64,000 nucleotides of DNA from Heterodontus francisci (taxonomy: Eukaryota), in contig NW_027140453.1 of assembly GCF_036365525.1 (NCBI RefSeq), forward strand, positions 1,116,001 through 1,180,000, in the 5' to 3' direction. The notes under the pieces are model-generated. The model made no database searches. It was given only the letters and a program-made list of their open reading frames with translations, and was not told the origin of the DNA. How positions within the stretch are numbered: the stretch's first letter is position 1; every line of letters begins with the position of its first letter. The position numbers were made by a program, and so were the translations under genes. Positions 50,890 to 63,391 of this stretch are shown here, in pieces.

Positions 50890-52625
50890 AGCATCAACAG
50901 GCAATTAGGAAGGTTAATGTTATGTTATCCTTTATCGCAAGAGGATTTGAGTACAGGAGTAGTGAAGTCTTGCTTCAATTGCATAGAACCATGGTTAGAC
51001 CGCACCTGGAGTGCTGTGTGCAGTTTTGGTCCCCTGACCTTCGGAAGGATATTATTCCCATAGAGGGAGTGCTAAGAAGGATCATCCGACATGTTCCCGG
51101 GATGGCGGGTCTGTCCTATGAAGAGAGATTTGGGAAACTGGGCCTGTATTCTCTAGAGTTTCGAAGAATGCGAGGTGATCTCATTGAAACCTACAAAGTC
51201 CTTAAAGGGATAGACAGGGGAGATGCAGGTAAGAAGCTTCCTCTGGTTGAAAGAGAAGGTAATTCAGACATTAGAGTGTTTAAAATGGGTGCAGAGAAAG
51301 TATTAGATTGGCTGTCTGACCAGAAAGTGGAGAAAGCACCAGCACCAGATGAGATGAGGGAAGTGAGGATGGAAATCGCAGAGGCGTTGGCCATAATTTT
51401 TCAGTCTTCCTTAGACTCAGGGCTGGTGCCAGAGGACTGGAGAATTTCAAACGTTACACCCTTATTCAAAAAAGGGGGAAAGATAAGCCCAGCAACTACA
51501 GGCCAGTTTAACTTTGGTGGTAGGGAAACTTCTAGAAAAAATAATTCGGGACAAAATCAATAGTCACATGGACGAGTTAATTAATGAAAGACAGCATGGA
51601 TTCCATAAGGGAAAATCATGTTTAACTAACCTGCTGGATTTTTTTTGAGAAGGCAACAGAGAGGGTTGATGAGGGCAATGCTGTGGATGTGGTATACATG
51701 GACTTTCAAAAGGCGTTTGATACAATGCCACACAACAAACCTGTGAGAAAACTTGTAACTCGTGGAATAAAAGGGACGATAGCAACATGGATACGAAATT
51801 GGTTTAGTGACAGAAAACAAAGAGCAGTGGTTAATGGATGTTTTTTCGGGCTGGAGGAAGGTTTGCAGTGGAGTTCCCCAGGGATCATTATTAGGACCTT
51901 TGCTTTTCCTGATATATATTAATGACCTAGACCTTGGTGTACAGGGCACAGTTTCAAAGTTTGCCGATGATACGAAACTTGGAAGCATTGTGAACTGTGA
52001 GGAGGATAATGTCAAACTTGAAAAGGACATAGACATGTTGGTGGAATGGGCAGACAGGTGGCAGATGAGGTTCAATGCAGAGAAATGTGAAGTGATTCAT
52101 TTTGGTCGGATGAACAACAGAGAATAAAGGGCACAACTCGAAAGGGGGTGCAGGAGCACAGGGGCCAAGGTGTATATTTATTTCAGTCATTAAGAGTGGA
52201 AGGACGGGTTGGGACAGTTTTACTTGGAGAAGAGAAGGCTGAGAGGTGATTTGATGGAGGTTTTCAAAATCATGAGGGATCTGGACAGAGTAGATGGAGA
52301 GAAACTTTTCCCACTCGTGAAAGGATCGAGAGGGCACAGATTTAAAGTATTTGGTAAGGGAAGCAAAAGTGACATGAGGGAGAACTTTTTCACACAGCGA
52401 GTGGTGAAGGTCCAGAATGCACTGCCTGAGAACGTGGTGGAGGCAGGTTCAATTGAAGCATTCAAGCGCGAATTAGACAGTTAAATGGAAAGGAAGGATG
52501 TGCAGGGTTATGGGGAGAAGGCAGGGGAGTGGGACTGAGGGAATTTCTCTTCCAGAGAGACAGTGCGGGCACGGTGGGCCGAATGACCTCCTTCTGCACT
52601 GTAACAATTCTGTGATTCTGTGGTT
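50890..52625 (+). mobile_element. Degenerate CR1-clade LINE with reverse-transcriptase remnants
   Basis: DVVYMDFQKAFD, SGVPQGSLLGPLLFLIYINDL, KFADDTKL motifs; CR1 3' tail; fragmented and rearranged. Confidence 0.9.
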
Positions 52626-54597
52626 GAGAAGTCTAGAACCAGGGGGCTCAATTTCACGACCACAGCGAGTAAGTTAAGGCCAATAGTGGAGATGCATTTA
52701 AGGGGGAGATTAGATCAGGACATGAGGGAGTAAGGAATAGAAGGAGGTGCTGATGGGCTGAGATGCAGAGAGATGGGAACAGGATTGTAAACCATGGCGC
52801 GGAGTCAACTCCCCCTTGGCCCCTTTATTTCCTTCACCCACTTAATCCTGGCCGTTACGTGGGGCTTCGTCCTCTTAATTCAGACTCAGGCTGGGTGTTT
52901 GGGATATTGGGGTTACAGGAGAGCCACCCTCCACCTAATCCACCAGCGACAGTTAATGGCTTAGTACAAAGAGGAGAAAACTCAGTCCTTTCTTTAACTG
53001 CCAAGTTACTTTGTTCACGTTGTTGTACAATGTAAGAATAAGGCTTATACACTTGGTTAGACAAAAGCATGCAACTCAAATTGGGTTATACAGTTAATAA
53101 CAAAGCTAGCTGGAATTGACAAGCACACCCACGAGGTTCCTCTGACCTTTCCCTGACCTCGTCACAGAAAACAAACGATAATTCCCGGAAAGGGGAGAGC
53201 TGATGCTGGCCAGACGTTCTGATCTCTCTCTCTTTGACGTCGTCACCGTGTTGCTCACGCAGGGTCTTCCACTTCCACGATGGTTGGTCTCTGGAGTTTC
53301 TCGCTGGCTCTATGCCTGAGATTCTCCATACTTATTCTCTTTCTTATCTCTTCAAAACTGTGCTGTCTCTTTTCTGTTGGTTTAGGCCTGCTCACCTCGT
53401 TCGTATCTTCTCCTTATTGTCCCAGGCCCAAAGACCCCGGTATCACACCGTTTCCAAATAAGGCTCTATTCCTGTGATTTCTCCCTTGTCTGTCACATAA
53501 ATTAATTAGTTCAAACTGGTTTTCACCAGCACAGGCCAGTGTCTGAGCTCAGGTTACTTTAGTTCATGTGCTATCCAGCAGCTTGTAACAGATTCTGTAC
53601 TTCTTGCAGCCCATGGCCAAGGGATGATGTTGTTTATTTTGGGTAACTGTTTCGAACAGCCAGGCCAGGCTCGATTGATCGAATGACCTTGGTCAGTGCT
53701 GAATGATTCTATAACTATCGAAGACGCATCAAGGGGCTTGTTTGTTTTAGTCAGAGAAAGACTTATTTTCCCTGTCTCCTAAACGAGAATTGAAGGGTTA
53801 AATTCTTGCCTGGGCCGAACTCCCAGATGCTTTAAAAGTTGTTCAAAAGACACCGAATGTCTGAAAGACAAGTTGGTTAACAATTGTCAACAGTTGCTCA
53901 AAACCGCCAAATTAGGAATCTGTTCCAGTGAGAGACCTATCTGAGGAGTTGTCTCGTATTTGCATTGTATGAATCATCAGGGGCATGTAGAATAGGGAGG
54001 TCTGTGCAACTCCTTGTCAGAATCCTCCGTCCATTCTTTCAACAGTATCATGAACCCATTTACCCTGCCTTGTAATCTGTTCTTAAAATGAAGAGGCTAC
54101 CTTCACGAAAAGAGCCTTATCACATGGATGGAGCATTTTAACCATTAATATTGTATTGATATAATCTGAATCGAAGGAGAACAAGAAGATGCAACAATAT
54201 CAACAAAATAGCAAATCATGATATATCACTGATGTAACTGCGAGATGTAAACAATGACGTTAGATATATGATAAACAACAGAGGGATGAATATACACTTA
54301 GACAGATAAGAGCCAGATAAGTCGATCGATGACAAATATATATCGATTTCAGAGTGAATAGAGATAAATAGATAAATAGAGATATATATCGATAGCTGGA
54401 GGGATCGATAGAGCGATGGATGGATAGACAAATGGAACAATAGATAGANNNNNNNNNNNNNNNNNNNNNNNNNNNNNNNNNNNNNNNNNNNNNNNNNNNN
54501 NNNNNNNNNNNNNNNNNNNNNNNNNNNNNNNNNNNNNNNNNNNNNNNNNNNNNNNNNNNNNNNNNNNNNNNNNNNNNNNNNNNNNNNNNNNNNNNNN

Positions 54598-57500
54598 CCA
54601 CTCACTGACTCCTCTCACTGACCCCGCTCACTGACACCACTCAGAGACTCCACTCACTGTCCTCTCTCACTGACTCCACTCACTGTCCTCTCTCACCGAC
54701 CCCACCCACTGACCCCTCTCACTGACCCCGCTCACTGACCCCACTCACTGACCCCACTCACTGACTCCACTGACTGTCCCCACTCACTGACCCCACTTAC
54801 TAACACCACTCACTGACTCCTCTCACTGACCCCACTCACTGACTCCACTCACTGTCCACACTCACTGACCCCACTCACTGACCCCACTCACCGACTCCAC
54901 TCACTGACCCCACTCACTGACCCCACTTACTGACTCCTCTCACTGACCCCAACCACTGACACCAGTCACTGATTCCTCTCTTTGGCCCCACTCACTGACA
55001 CCACTCAATGACTCCTCTGACTGACTCAACTCACTGACTCCACTCACTGTCCACACTCACTGACCCCACTCACTGACGCCACTCACTGACACCACTCACT
55101 GACTCCACTCACTGTCTAAACTCACTGACCCCACTCACTGACCCTACTCACTGACTCCACTGAGTGACTCCACTGAGTGACTCCACTCACTGACTCCAGT
55201 CACTGACCGCACGCACTGACCCCTCTCTCTAACCCCGGTCACTGACCACACTCACTGACCCCGCTCACGAGCCCCGATCACTAATCCCGCTCACTGACCC
55301 CACTCACTGTCCCCACTCACTGACCCCACTTACTGATCCCACTCACTGACTCCCCACTGACCCCGCTCACTAACCCCACTCACTAACCCTGCTCACTGAC
55401 ACTACTCACTGTCCCCGATCACTGACACCACTCACGGACTCCACTCACAGACTCCACTCACTGCCTCCACTCACTGACTCCGCTGACTGTCCCCACTCAC
55501 TGTCCCCACTCACTGACCCCACTCACTGACCCCTATCACTGACCCCGCTCACTGACCCCACTCACTGACCCCACTCACTGACCCAACTCACTGTCCCCAC
55601 TCACTGACCCCACTCACTGACACCACTCACTGACTCCACTCACTGACCCCACTCACTGGCCCCATTCACTGACTCCTGTCACTGACCCCACCCACTGACA
55701 CCAGTCACTGACTCCTCTCTTTGACCCCACTCACTGACCCCACTCACTGACTCCACTGACCCCACTCACTGACCCTACTCACTGACCCCACTCACTGACA
55801 CCACTCACTGTCATCACTCACTGACCCCACTCACATATACCACTCACTGACTCCTCTCACTGACCCAACCCACTGACTCCACTCACTATCCATACTCACT
55901 GAGCCCACTCACTTACTCCGCTCACTGACACCATTGACTGTCTCCACTCACTGACCTCACTCACTGACTCCACTGAGTGACTCCACTGACTGACTCCACT
56001 CACTGACTCCAGTCACTGACCGCACGCACTGACCCCGCTCAGTAACCCGGTCACTGACCCCACTCGCTGATGCCACTCACTAACCCCGCTCACTAACCCG
56101 GCTCACTGACTCCACTTACTGTCCCCGCTCACTGACTCCATCACTGACCTCACTCACTGACTCCACTGAGTGACATCACTCAGTGACTCCACTCACTGAC
56201 TCCACGCACTGACCCCACGCACTGAACCCACTCACTAACCCCGCCCACTGACTCCACTCACGGACCTCACTCACTGACTCCACTGAGTGACTCCACTGAC
56301 TGACTCCACTCACTGACTCCAGTCACTGACCGCACGCACTGACCCCGCTCAGTAACCCGGTCACTGACCCCACTCGCTGATGCCACTCACTAACCCCGCT
56401 CACTAACCCGGCTCACTGACTCCACTTACTGTCCCCGCTCACTGACTCCATCACTGACCTCACTCACTGACTCCACTGAGTGACATCACTCAGTGACTCC
56501 ACTCACTGACTCCACGCACTGACCCCACGCACTGAACCCACTCACTAACCCCGCTCACTGACTCCACTCACGGACCTCACTCACTGACTCCACTGAGTGA
56601 CACCACTCAGTGACTCCACTCACTGACTCCAGTCACCGACCGCACGCACTGACCCCGCTCAATAACCCCGCTCACTGACTCCACTGAGTGACTCCACTCA
56701 GTGACTCCACTCAGTGACTCCACTCACTGACTCCAGTCACTGTCCGCACGCACTGACCCCGCTCACTAACCCCGCACACTGACTCCACTCACTGACCTCA
56801 CTCAATGACTTCACTGAGTGACACCACTCAGTGACTCCACACACTGACTCCACTCACTGACCTCACTCACTGACTACACTGAGTGACATCACTCAGTGAC
56901 TCCACTCACTGACTCCACGCACTGACCCCACGCACTGAACCAACTCACTAACCCCGCTCACTGACCCCAGTTACTGATCCCACTCACTGACTCCCCACTG
57001 GCACTGCTCACCAACCCCGCTCACTAACCCTGCTCATTGAATCCACTCACCATCCCCACTCACAGACACCACTCAAGGACTCCACTCACAGACTCCACTC
57101 AGTGCCTCCGCTCACTGACTCCGCTCACTGACTCCACTTACTGCCTCCACTCAATCTCCCGGCTCACTGAATCCGCTCACTGACTCCACTCACTGCCTCC
57201 ACTCACTGTCCCAGCTCAATGACACCACATACGGACTCCACTTACAGACTCCACTCACTGCCTCCGCTCAGTGACTCCACTCATTGACTCCACCACTACA
57301 TCAACTCACTGTCCCCGCTCACTGACCCCACTCACTCCTCCACGTACAGACTCCACTCACTGCCTATGCACACTGACTCCACTCACTGACTCCACTTACT
57401 GCTTCCGCTCACTGACCCCACTTAGTGACCCCACTCACTGACCCCACACACTGATCCCACTCACTGACTCCACTCATTGACTCCACTCACTGACCCCATT
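54598..57500. repeat. 13-bp satellite (ccactcactgacy)n
   Basis: Direct inspection; internal higher-order duplications around 55950-56700. Confidence 0.95.
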
Positions 57501-57975
57501 CAATCTCCCAGATCAATCCCAAAAATAATCCTTCATTCTCCAGATGTATCCCAGTAATTTTCCCTCATTGTCTCTATCTCTGTCTCCCTCTCTGTCTCAG
57601 TCTCTTTAACTCTGCCTGTCGTTTTTCGTCTCACTCTCCTCTCTCTCTCACTAGATCACTCTCTCTTTCACACACACATACACTCTCTTTCTCTCTCCAA
57701 CGAAGTGGGTGTCCTTGTCCTGTTGATGTATATCAAGCTGGATCTACATGATCTCCTGCTCTTTCAGTTTTCTCACTAAATCCTTCTCAAAGCCATTACC
57801 CGGTCCATGGTCCAGGATCCCCCTCTGCTGTCCCTGTGGAGAAAGAAAACGCAGTGAAATAAAACCACACCGTATCCATCCATCCATCCATCCATCTATC
57901 TATCTACCTTTCTATCTCTCTACCTATCTATCTTTTTCTCTATCTAATTAACTCCCTATCTCTCCATCTATCTAA

Positions 57976-58024
<49 letters not shown>

Positions 58025-58397
58025 GATCTATCGATCTGTCTTTATCTGATCTTCACTTCACATTTTAAAACCTTTAATAATCTCTCAGACCGCTGAAAGT
58101 TCACCCTTCAGTCTTCTCCTTTCTGGAACAAAGATTCCCGAAGTTCAAATTCTCTTGATAACTTTAACCTCTCTCCTCTGATATCATTCCTGCAAAGTCT
58201 ATTTCACAATTCCCCTGTGTTTCTAAATCTAACCTGTCACTTTCTATTTAAATCCGCCCTGTCGTCTTGTGAAAAACATGTTCCCATTGATAAAAACACC
58301 CAACAAGACGCAGCACCGCCTGGTTTTATCTGAAACAGGTGTTTCCTGCTGCCTTTGGGGTTTTTGTTGAACAGCTCCATCTCTCTGAGTCACTGTG

Positions 58398-58849
58398 AAG
58401 ACACCAGGCACAGAAATATACGGCCGAGTGATTCTCCCACAGGCTGGAGGCCTCCAGGTTGAACTGGGAGCTAGTCGGTCTCTCGGCGCTGAAACCGTCC
58501 ACCGTCCCCTCTGGATCCACATAGTTAGCAGTGCTGGAGTAAAACATCAACAGCGGCTCCTTCCCCTGCTCTTGTCTGTACCAGTACATTTCGATGCTAC
58601 TGCTGCTCCCCTCCACAGTGCACCTCAGTTCCACTCCTTTCCCGGCTAATCTGGAGACAGCAGCGGGAGTCTGGTGGATAGTCTGTGAGTTCACATCTGG
58701 GAGAGAGATGGAGAGAGGAGGAGATCAGTAAACAGGGAACATCTGGTAATGAAAGGAAGACAGGGAGAGGAGAGGAAGGTTCTGAAGGATAATCTTTGTA
58801 TCTGGCACTCACGTTGCCCCAGGATTATCAGAGCCAGGAACAGATACAT
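58398..58849 (-). CDS. TRBV: Vβ gene, TRBV30-like (leader 58813-58849, V exon 58398-58696)
   Basis: SQTIHQTPA..CTVEGSS..YWYRQ..YFCAWCL; consensus 23-RSS (58359-58397). Confidence 0.96.
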
Positions 58850-59785
58850 CTCCCACTTGACACTGCCCTATCAAACAGCAAAGGCAGTGGAACAGAGGAG
58901 ATCAGTTCTGTGACTAACCAATCCGCTCTTTGCAAATCATTGAGGAAAACATGAAGGGCATGAGGAAGTGATGCAGTGTTGGACACTCCCCCTTCCACCA
59001 CCCAACCAATCAGAATGGACGTGGTTGCTTTTGATGGTTGAGTGACTGGAGTAAGTGTTGTTAATATCCCCAACAAGGGTGTCTGTTGTTCAGTTTCTAA
59101 TTTACTGATTAGAAATCTCCAACTGTTCATATCCAGATTCCCAATGAACCTCATCGGCATTCCCACATTAGCCACATGTAGATTTCCAATGATAGACATC
59201 TGCATTCCAAATGACCTGCTCCTGTAGGGGATGTATTCGTGATTTGCTAATTTAACTAGACTCCTAATCCACAGCCTCAGCTAGTGTTTTAGCGACGTGG
59301 GGGTGAATCTCACCAATACAGATCATAACATTTCAATGTCATAAATGAATCTGTTGATTTTTTTAAAGCTCGTCTAATGGTGACCATTGTTTCAAAATCC
59401 ATCAGGTTCACTGATGTTTGTTCTGGAATGAAATCTGCCGCCTTCAGCTGGTCTGGCCGACATGTAACTCCAGATCCACAGCAATGTGGTTTACTCTTAA
59501 ATGCCCTCTGCAATGGCCTAACAAGCCACTCAGTTCAAGGGCAATTCGAGATCGACAATAAATGGAAGCCTAACCAGCGAGGCCCATATCCCATGAACGA
59601 ATTAAGAAAAAAACAGCCAGATGTTGATTCTTAAATAGTCAGGTGGGACTCCTGGCAAACGTTTTCTGCAACACCTTCCTGAGGGAAGTAGGTGGAACAA
59701 TATCTGGGTCACACTGGGCTGCTGATCTATTCTACAGCTTGGTCTGTGCTCATTACTGGGTCCATAACCATCAGGGTGGATCAAA

Positions 59786-60363
59786 TCTACTGCTGCCCCC
59801 TGCCGGGGGAAGATGAACACTGAGATTCAATCCACTGCTGCGCCCTGTCGGCGGAAAATGAGCACTGAGATTCAATCTACTGCTGCCCCCTGCCGGTAGA
59901 AGATGAGCACTGAGATTCAATCTACTGCTGCCCCCTGCCGGGGGAAGATGAACACTGAGATTCAATCTACTGCTGCCCCCTGTCGGCGGAAAATGAGCAC
60001 TGAGATTCAATCTACTGCTGCCCCCTGTCGGGGGAAAATGAACACTGAGATTCAATCTACTGCTGCCCCCTGCCGGGGGAAGATGAACACTGTGATTCAA
60101 TCTACTGCTGCCCCCTGTCGGGGGAAAATGAGCACTGAGATTCAATCTACTTTTGCCCCCTGTCGGCGGAAAAGGAGCACTGAGATTCAGTCTACTGCTG
60201 CCCCCTGCTGGTGGAAGATGAGCACTGAGATTCAATCTACTGCTGCCAAATGCCGGTGGAAGATGAGCACTGAGATTCAATCTACTGCTGCCCCCTGCTG
60301 GTGGAAAATGAGCATTGAGATTCAATCGACTGCTGCCCCCTGCCGCTGGAAGATGAGCACTGA
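59786..60363 (-). repeat. 45-bp minisatellite, ~13 copies of a CTCF-like motif, abutting a Vβ RSS
   Basis: Unit (- strand) ttgaatctcagtgctcatcttccaccrgcagggggcagcagtaga. Confidence 0.92.
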
Positions 60364-60422
60364 ACTCCCGTTCATCCGCTGCAGGTTTTTGCAGCTGCGG
60401 ATCCGCTTTCTCAAACACTGTG

Positions 60423-61092
60423 CGATACTGCAAGCGCAGAAATAGACAGCGGTGTGAGATGGAGCGGCATCTCTCAGTGCCAAAGTAAACAGTGTATCGC
60501 TGGCTCTGACGGCCTGAAATGACTCGGACGTGTAATTAGTGACAGACCCTTCTGTAGCAGAATAGAACAGAGCTTCCAGTGCCCTGTCTGGTTGTTGTCT
60601 GTTCCAGTACATATAGGAATAGGCAGTATTGGTCAGCGTGCATCTCAGTGTTGTCGACTCTCCTGCTGCAATCGATAGGATAGAAGGTGACTGTTCCACA
60701 TAGGAGGCGAGTATTCCTGTGGAATGGAACCTCGATTAAATTATTATTTCAGTCCATAATGGATTGGAGCAGGGGCTGCATTACAAGAAAGAGAGGGCTT
60801 ACATTAATAGATCGCCGTTCAGGAACTCAGGACCTCAGAAAGGGCTTTGCAACCAATGTAGTTACTCCCTCAGTACTGCCTCTGCGACAGTGCAGCACTC
60901 CCTCAGTCCTGACACCTGGGTTGTCAGCCTTGACTTTGAGCTGAAGTGTTCTGGAGTGAGACTCAGACACAGCAGTGTTATGGAACAGAATCACCGCTGA
61001 CATTACAATACATTATTCTACACAGTTTCTGACTTTGACTTACGTGGGAAGAATGCAGCCATCAAGATTAGACAGAGAACTTCATGCAACAT
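60423..61092 (-). CDS. TRBV: Vβ gene, second family (leader 61044-61092, V exon 60423-60716)
   Basis: Leader MLHEVLCLILMAAFFP; VEQSPS..C..YMYWNRQ..YFCACSI; 23-RSS cacagtg-23-gcaaaaacc (60384-60422). Confidence 0.92.
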
Positions 61093-62439
61093 GATTTCTT
61101 CATTCGATACTAACTCGATGTGTGAACGTGTGGAGTTTTCAACAACACACTTGCAGGCGGTTTCTATATTGTATCCAATTAAATACCCAGCATCCGGTTG
61201 TCATTGTGATTGGCAGTCACTTACTGCGACACTCTGCTGCACCCCATTACTTTACATAGTAATGTTGTCGAATGATGCAACACAAGGGGATAGGGGGAGA
61301 TTGAATAGAGGTGTTCACATTTCAGAAAGGGATTTGATAGAGTAGAATTCAGGGAAACACCCCTCTATACCCAGAGAGTGTGCCCATCCCTTATTGCCCC
61401 GAGAAGGTGATGGTGAACCATCTTCGGGAATACCTGCTGGGCCATATCAGAGGGCAGTTAACAGTCAACCACATTGCTGTGGGTCTGGAGTCACATATAG
61501 GCCAGACCGGATAGGAATGGCGGATTTCCTTCCCTGAAGGTAATCAATGAAGACGTTGGGTTTTTAAGACACTCCATGTTCAGGATTACTCATACTTTCC
61601 ATGACAAATTTTTATTTATTTAATTAATTGAATTTAAATTGCATTTCTGCCCCGGTGGAAATTGAACTCAAGTCTGGGGATCATTAGTCCAGGCCTCTGG
61701 ATTACTAGCCCAGTCACATAACTGCCCTGCTGCCAAACCTCCGTGGTGAATGGGAGTTAAATGGTTAAATTGTTCACTGGTCTGAACTGCTAGTTTCTTT
61801 GAAGAACACATTAAATGTGACTCGAGTCTGAGGTGAAAGTGGGTAAAGAGTTTTCAGCAGCTTCTGAACTCGCTGTCAGGAGGCAGGTGTCCCAGAGATG
61901 AAGTTACCTGCAGAGGGGTTTCGCCTTTGAACAGGGTAATACAGTGCTCACATGGTTCAGGGTTCTGAGCTGAGTTAGTTTCTGTGCATTGGGGAGTTGT
62001 TCACCTCTGTGCAGTGAAGGTTAGAGGGAGATTAACAAGACTGGTATCAGGGATGAAGGACTTCAGTTACTGTGGAGAGACTGGAGAAGCTGGGGTTTTT
62101 TCTCCTTGGAGCAGAGAAGGTTAATGGTAGATATGATACAGATATTGAAGATCATAGAGGATTTTGATAGATAATTGATAACACATCACATCATCTACTG
62201 GCCAATATATAGAAAATCTATGCAAAGATGGTCAGTCATTCCATCACTGCAGTATGTTTAATTAGTTCATACAAACTGTAATCACCTAAAGATATAGTTA
62301 GATAGTTACAGAGACAGACAGATAGGTAACCAGGTAGAGAGATAGATAGATAGAGAGACAGAGAGATAGATAACCAGGTAGAGAGATAGATAGAAAGAGA
62401 GACAGACAGGCAGGGAGACAGATAGTTATGAACTCTGAC

Positions 62440-62575
62440 ATTCAATCTACTGCTGCCGCCTGCTGGTGGAAGAGGAGCACTGACATTCAATCCACTGCTG
62501 CCCACTGATGGTGGAAAATGAGCAGTGAGACTCAAACCACTGATGCCACCTGCCGGTGGATGATGAGCACTGAAA
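62440..62575 (-). repeat. Three copies of the 45-bp CTCF-like unit downstream of the Vβ at 62633
   Basis: tctactgctgccgcctgctggtggaagaggagcactga and variants. Confidence 0.85.
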
Positions 62576-62632
62576 TCCTGTTCATCTGCTGCAGGTTGAT
62601 GCAGCTGCAGATCCGCTTTCTCAAACACAGCG

Positions 62633-63391
62633 ATACGACAAGCGCAGAAATAGACAGCGGTGTGAGATGTAGCAGCGTTTCTCAGTGCCAAAGTAAACAG
62701 TGTATCGCTGAATCTGACTGCCTGAAATGACTCGGACCTGTAATTGGTAACAGTCACTTCTGTAGCAGAATAGAACAGAGATTCCAGTGCCCTGTCTGGT
62801 TGTTGTCTGTACCAGTACATTAAGGTCCAGCCAGTATTGGTCAGCGTGCATCTGAGTGTTGTCGACTCTCCTGCTGCAATCGATAGGATCGAGGGAAACT
62901 GTTCCACATAAGAGGCGAGTATTCCTGTGGAATGGAACATCGATTAAATTATTATTTCAGCCAATAGCGGATTAGAGGAGGGACTGCATTGCAAGAAAGA
63001 AAGGGCTTACATTAACATAGCGCCGTTCAGGACCTCAGAAAGTGCTTTGCAACCAATGTAGTTACTCAATCAGTACTGCCTCTGCGACAGTGCAGCACGC
63101 CCTCAGTACAGCCTCTGCGACAGTGCAGCACTCCCTCAGTACTGCCGGTGCTACATTGCAGCACTCCCTCAGTACTGCCTCTGCGACAGTGCAGCACTCC
63201 CTCAGTCGAGACACCCGGGGCTTTCAGCCTTGATTTTGAGCTGAAGTGTTCTGGAGTGAGACTCTGACACAGGAGTGTTCCGGACAGAATCACCGCTAAC
63301 ATTACAATACATTATTCGACACAGTTTCTGACTTTGACTTACGTGGGAAGAATGCAGCCATCAAGATTAGACAGAGAACTTCATGGAACAT
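62633..63391 (-). pseudogene. TRBV: Vβ gene, second family, open frame but defective RSS (leader 63343-63391, V exon to 62924)
   Basis: Near-copy of 60423-61092; heptamer reads cgctgtg (CAC lost), nonamer gcatcaacc. Confidence 0.85.

Noticed and set aside
50922-52127. Active reverse transcriptase gene
   Set aside because: Fragmented, frameshifted and out-of-order CR1 remnants.
59771-60445. Repetitive ORFs or CRISPR-like array in the 45-bp repeats (also 45858-46418)
   Set aside because: Head-to-tail units with no unique spacers in a vertebrate locus; the ORFs arise because 45 is a multiple of 3.
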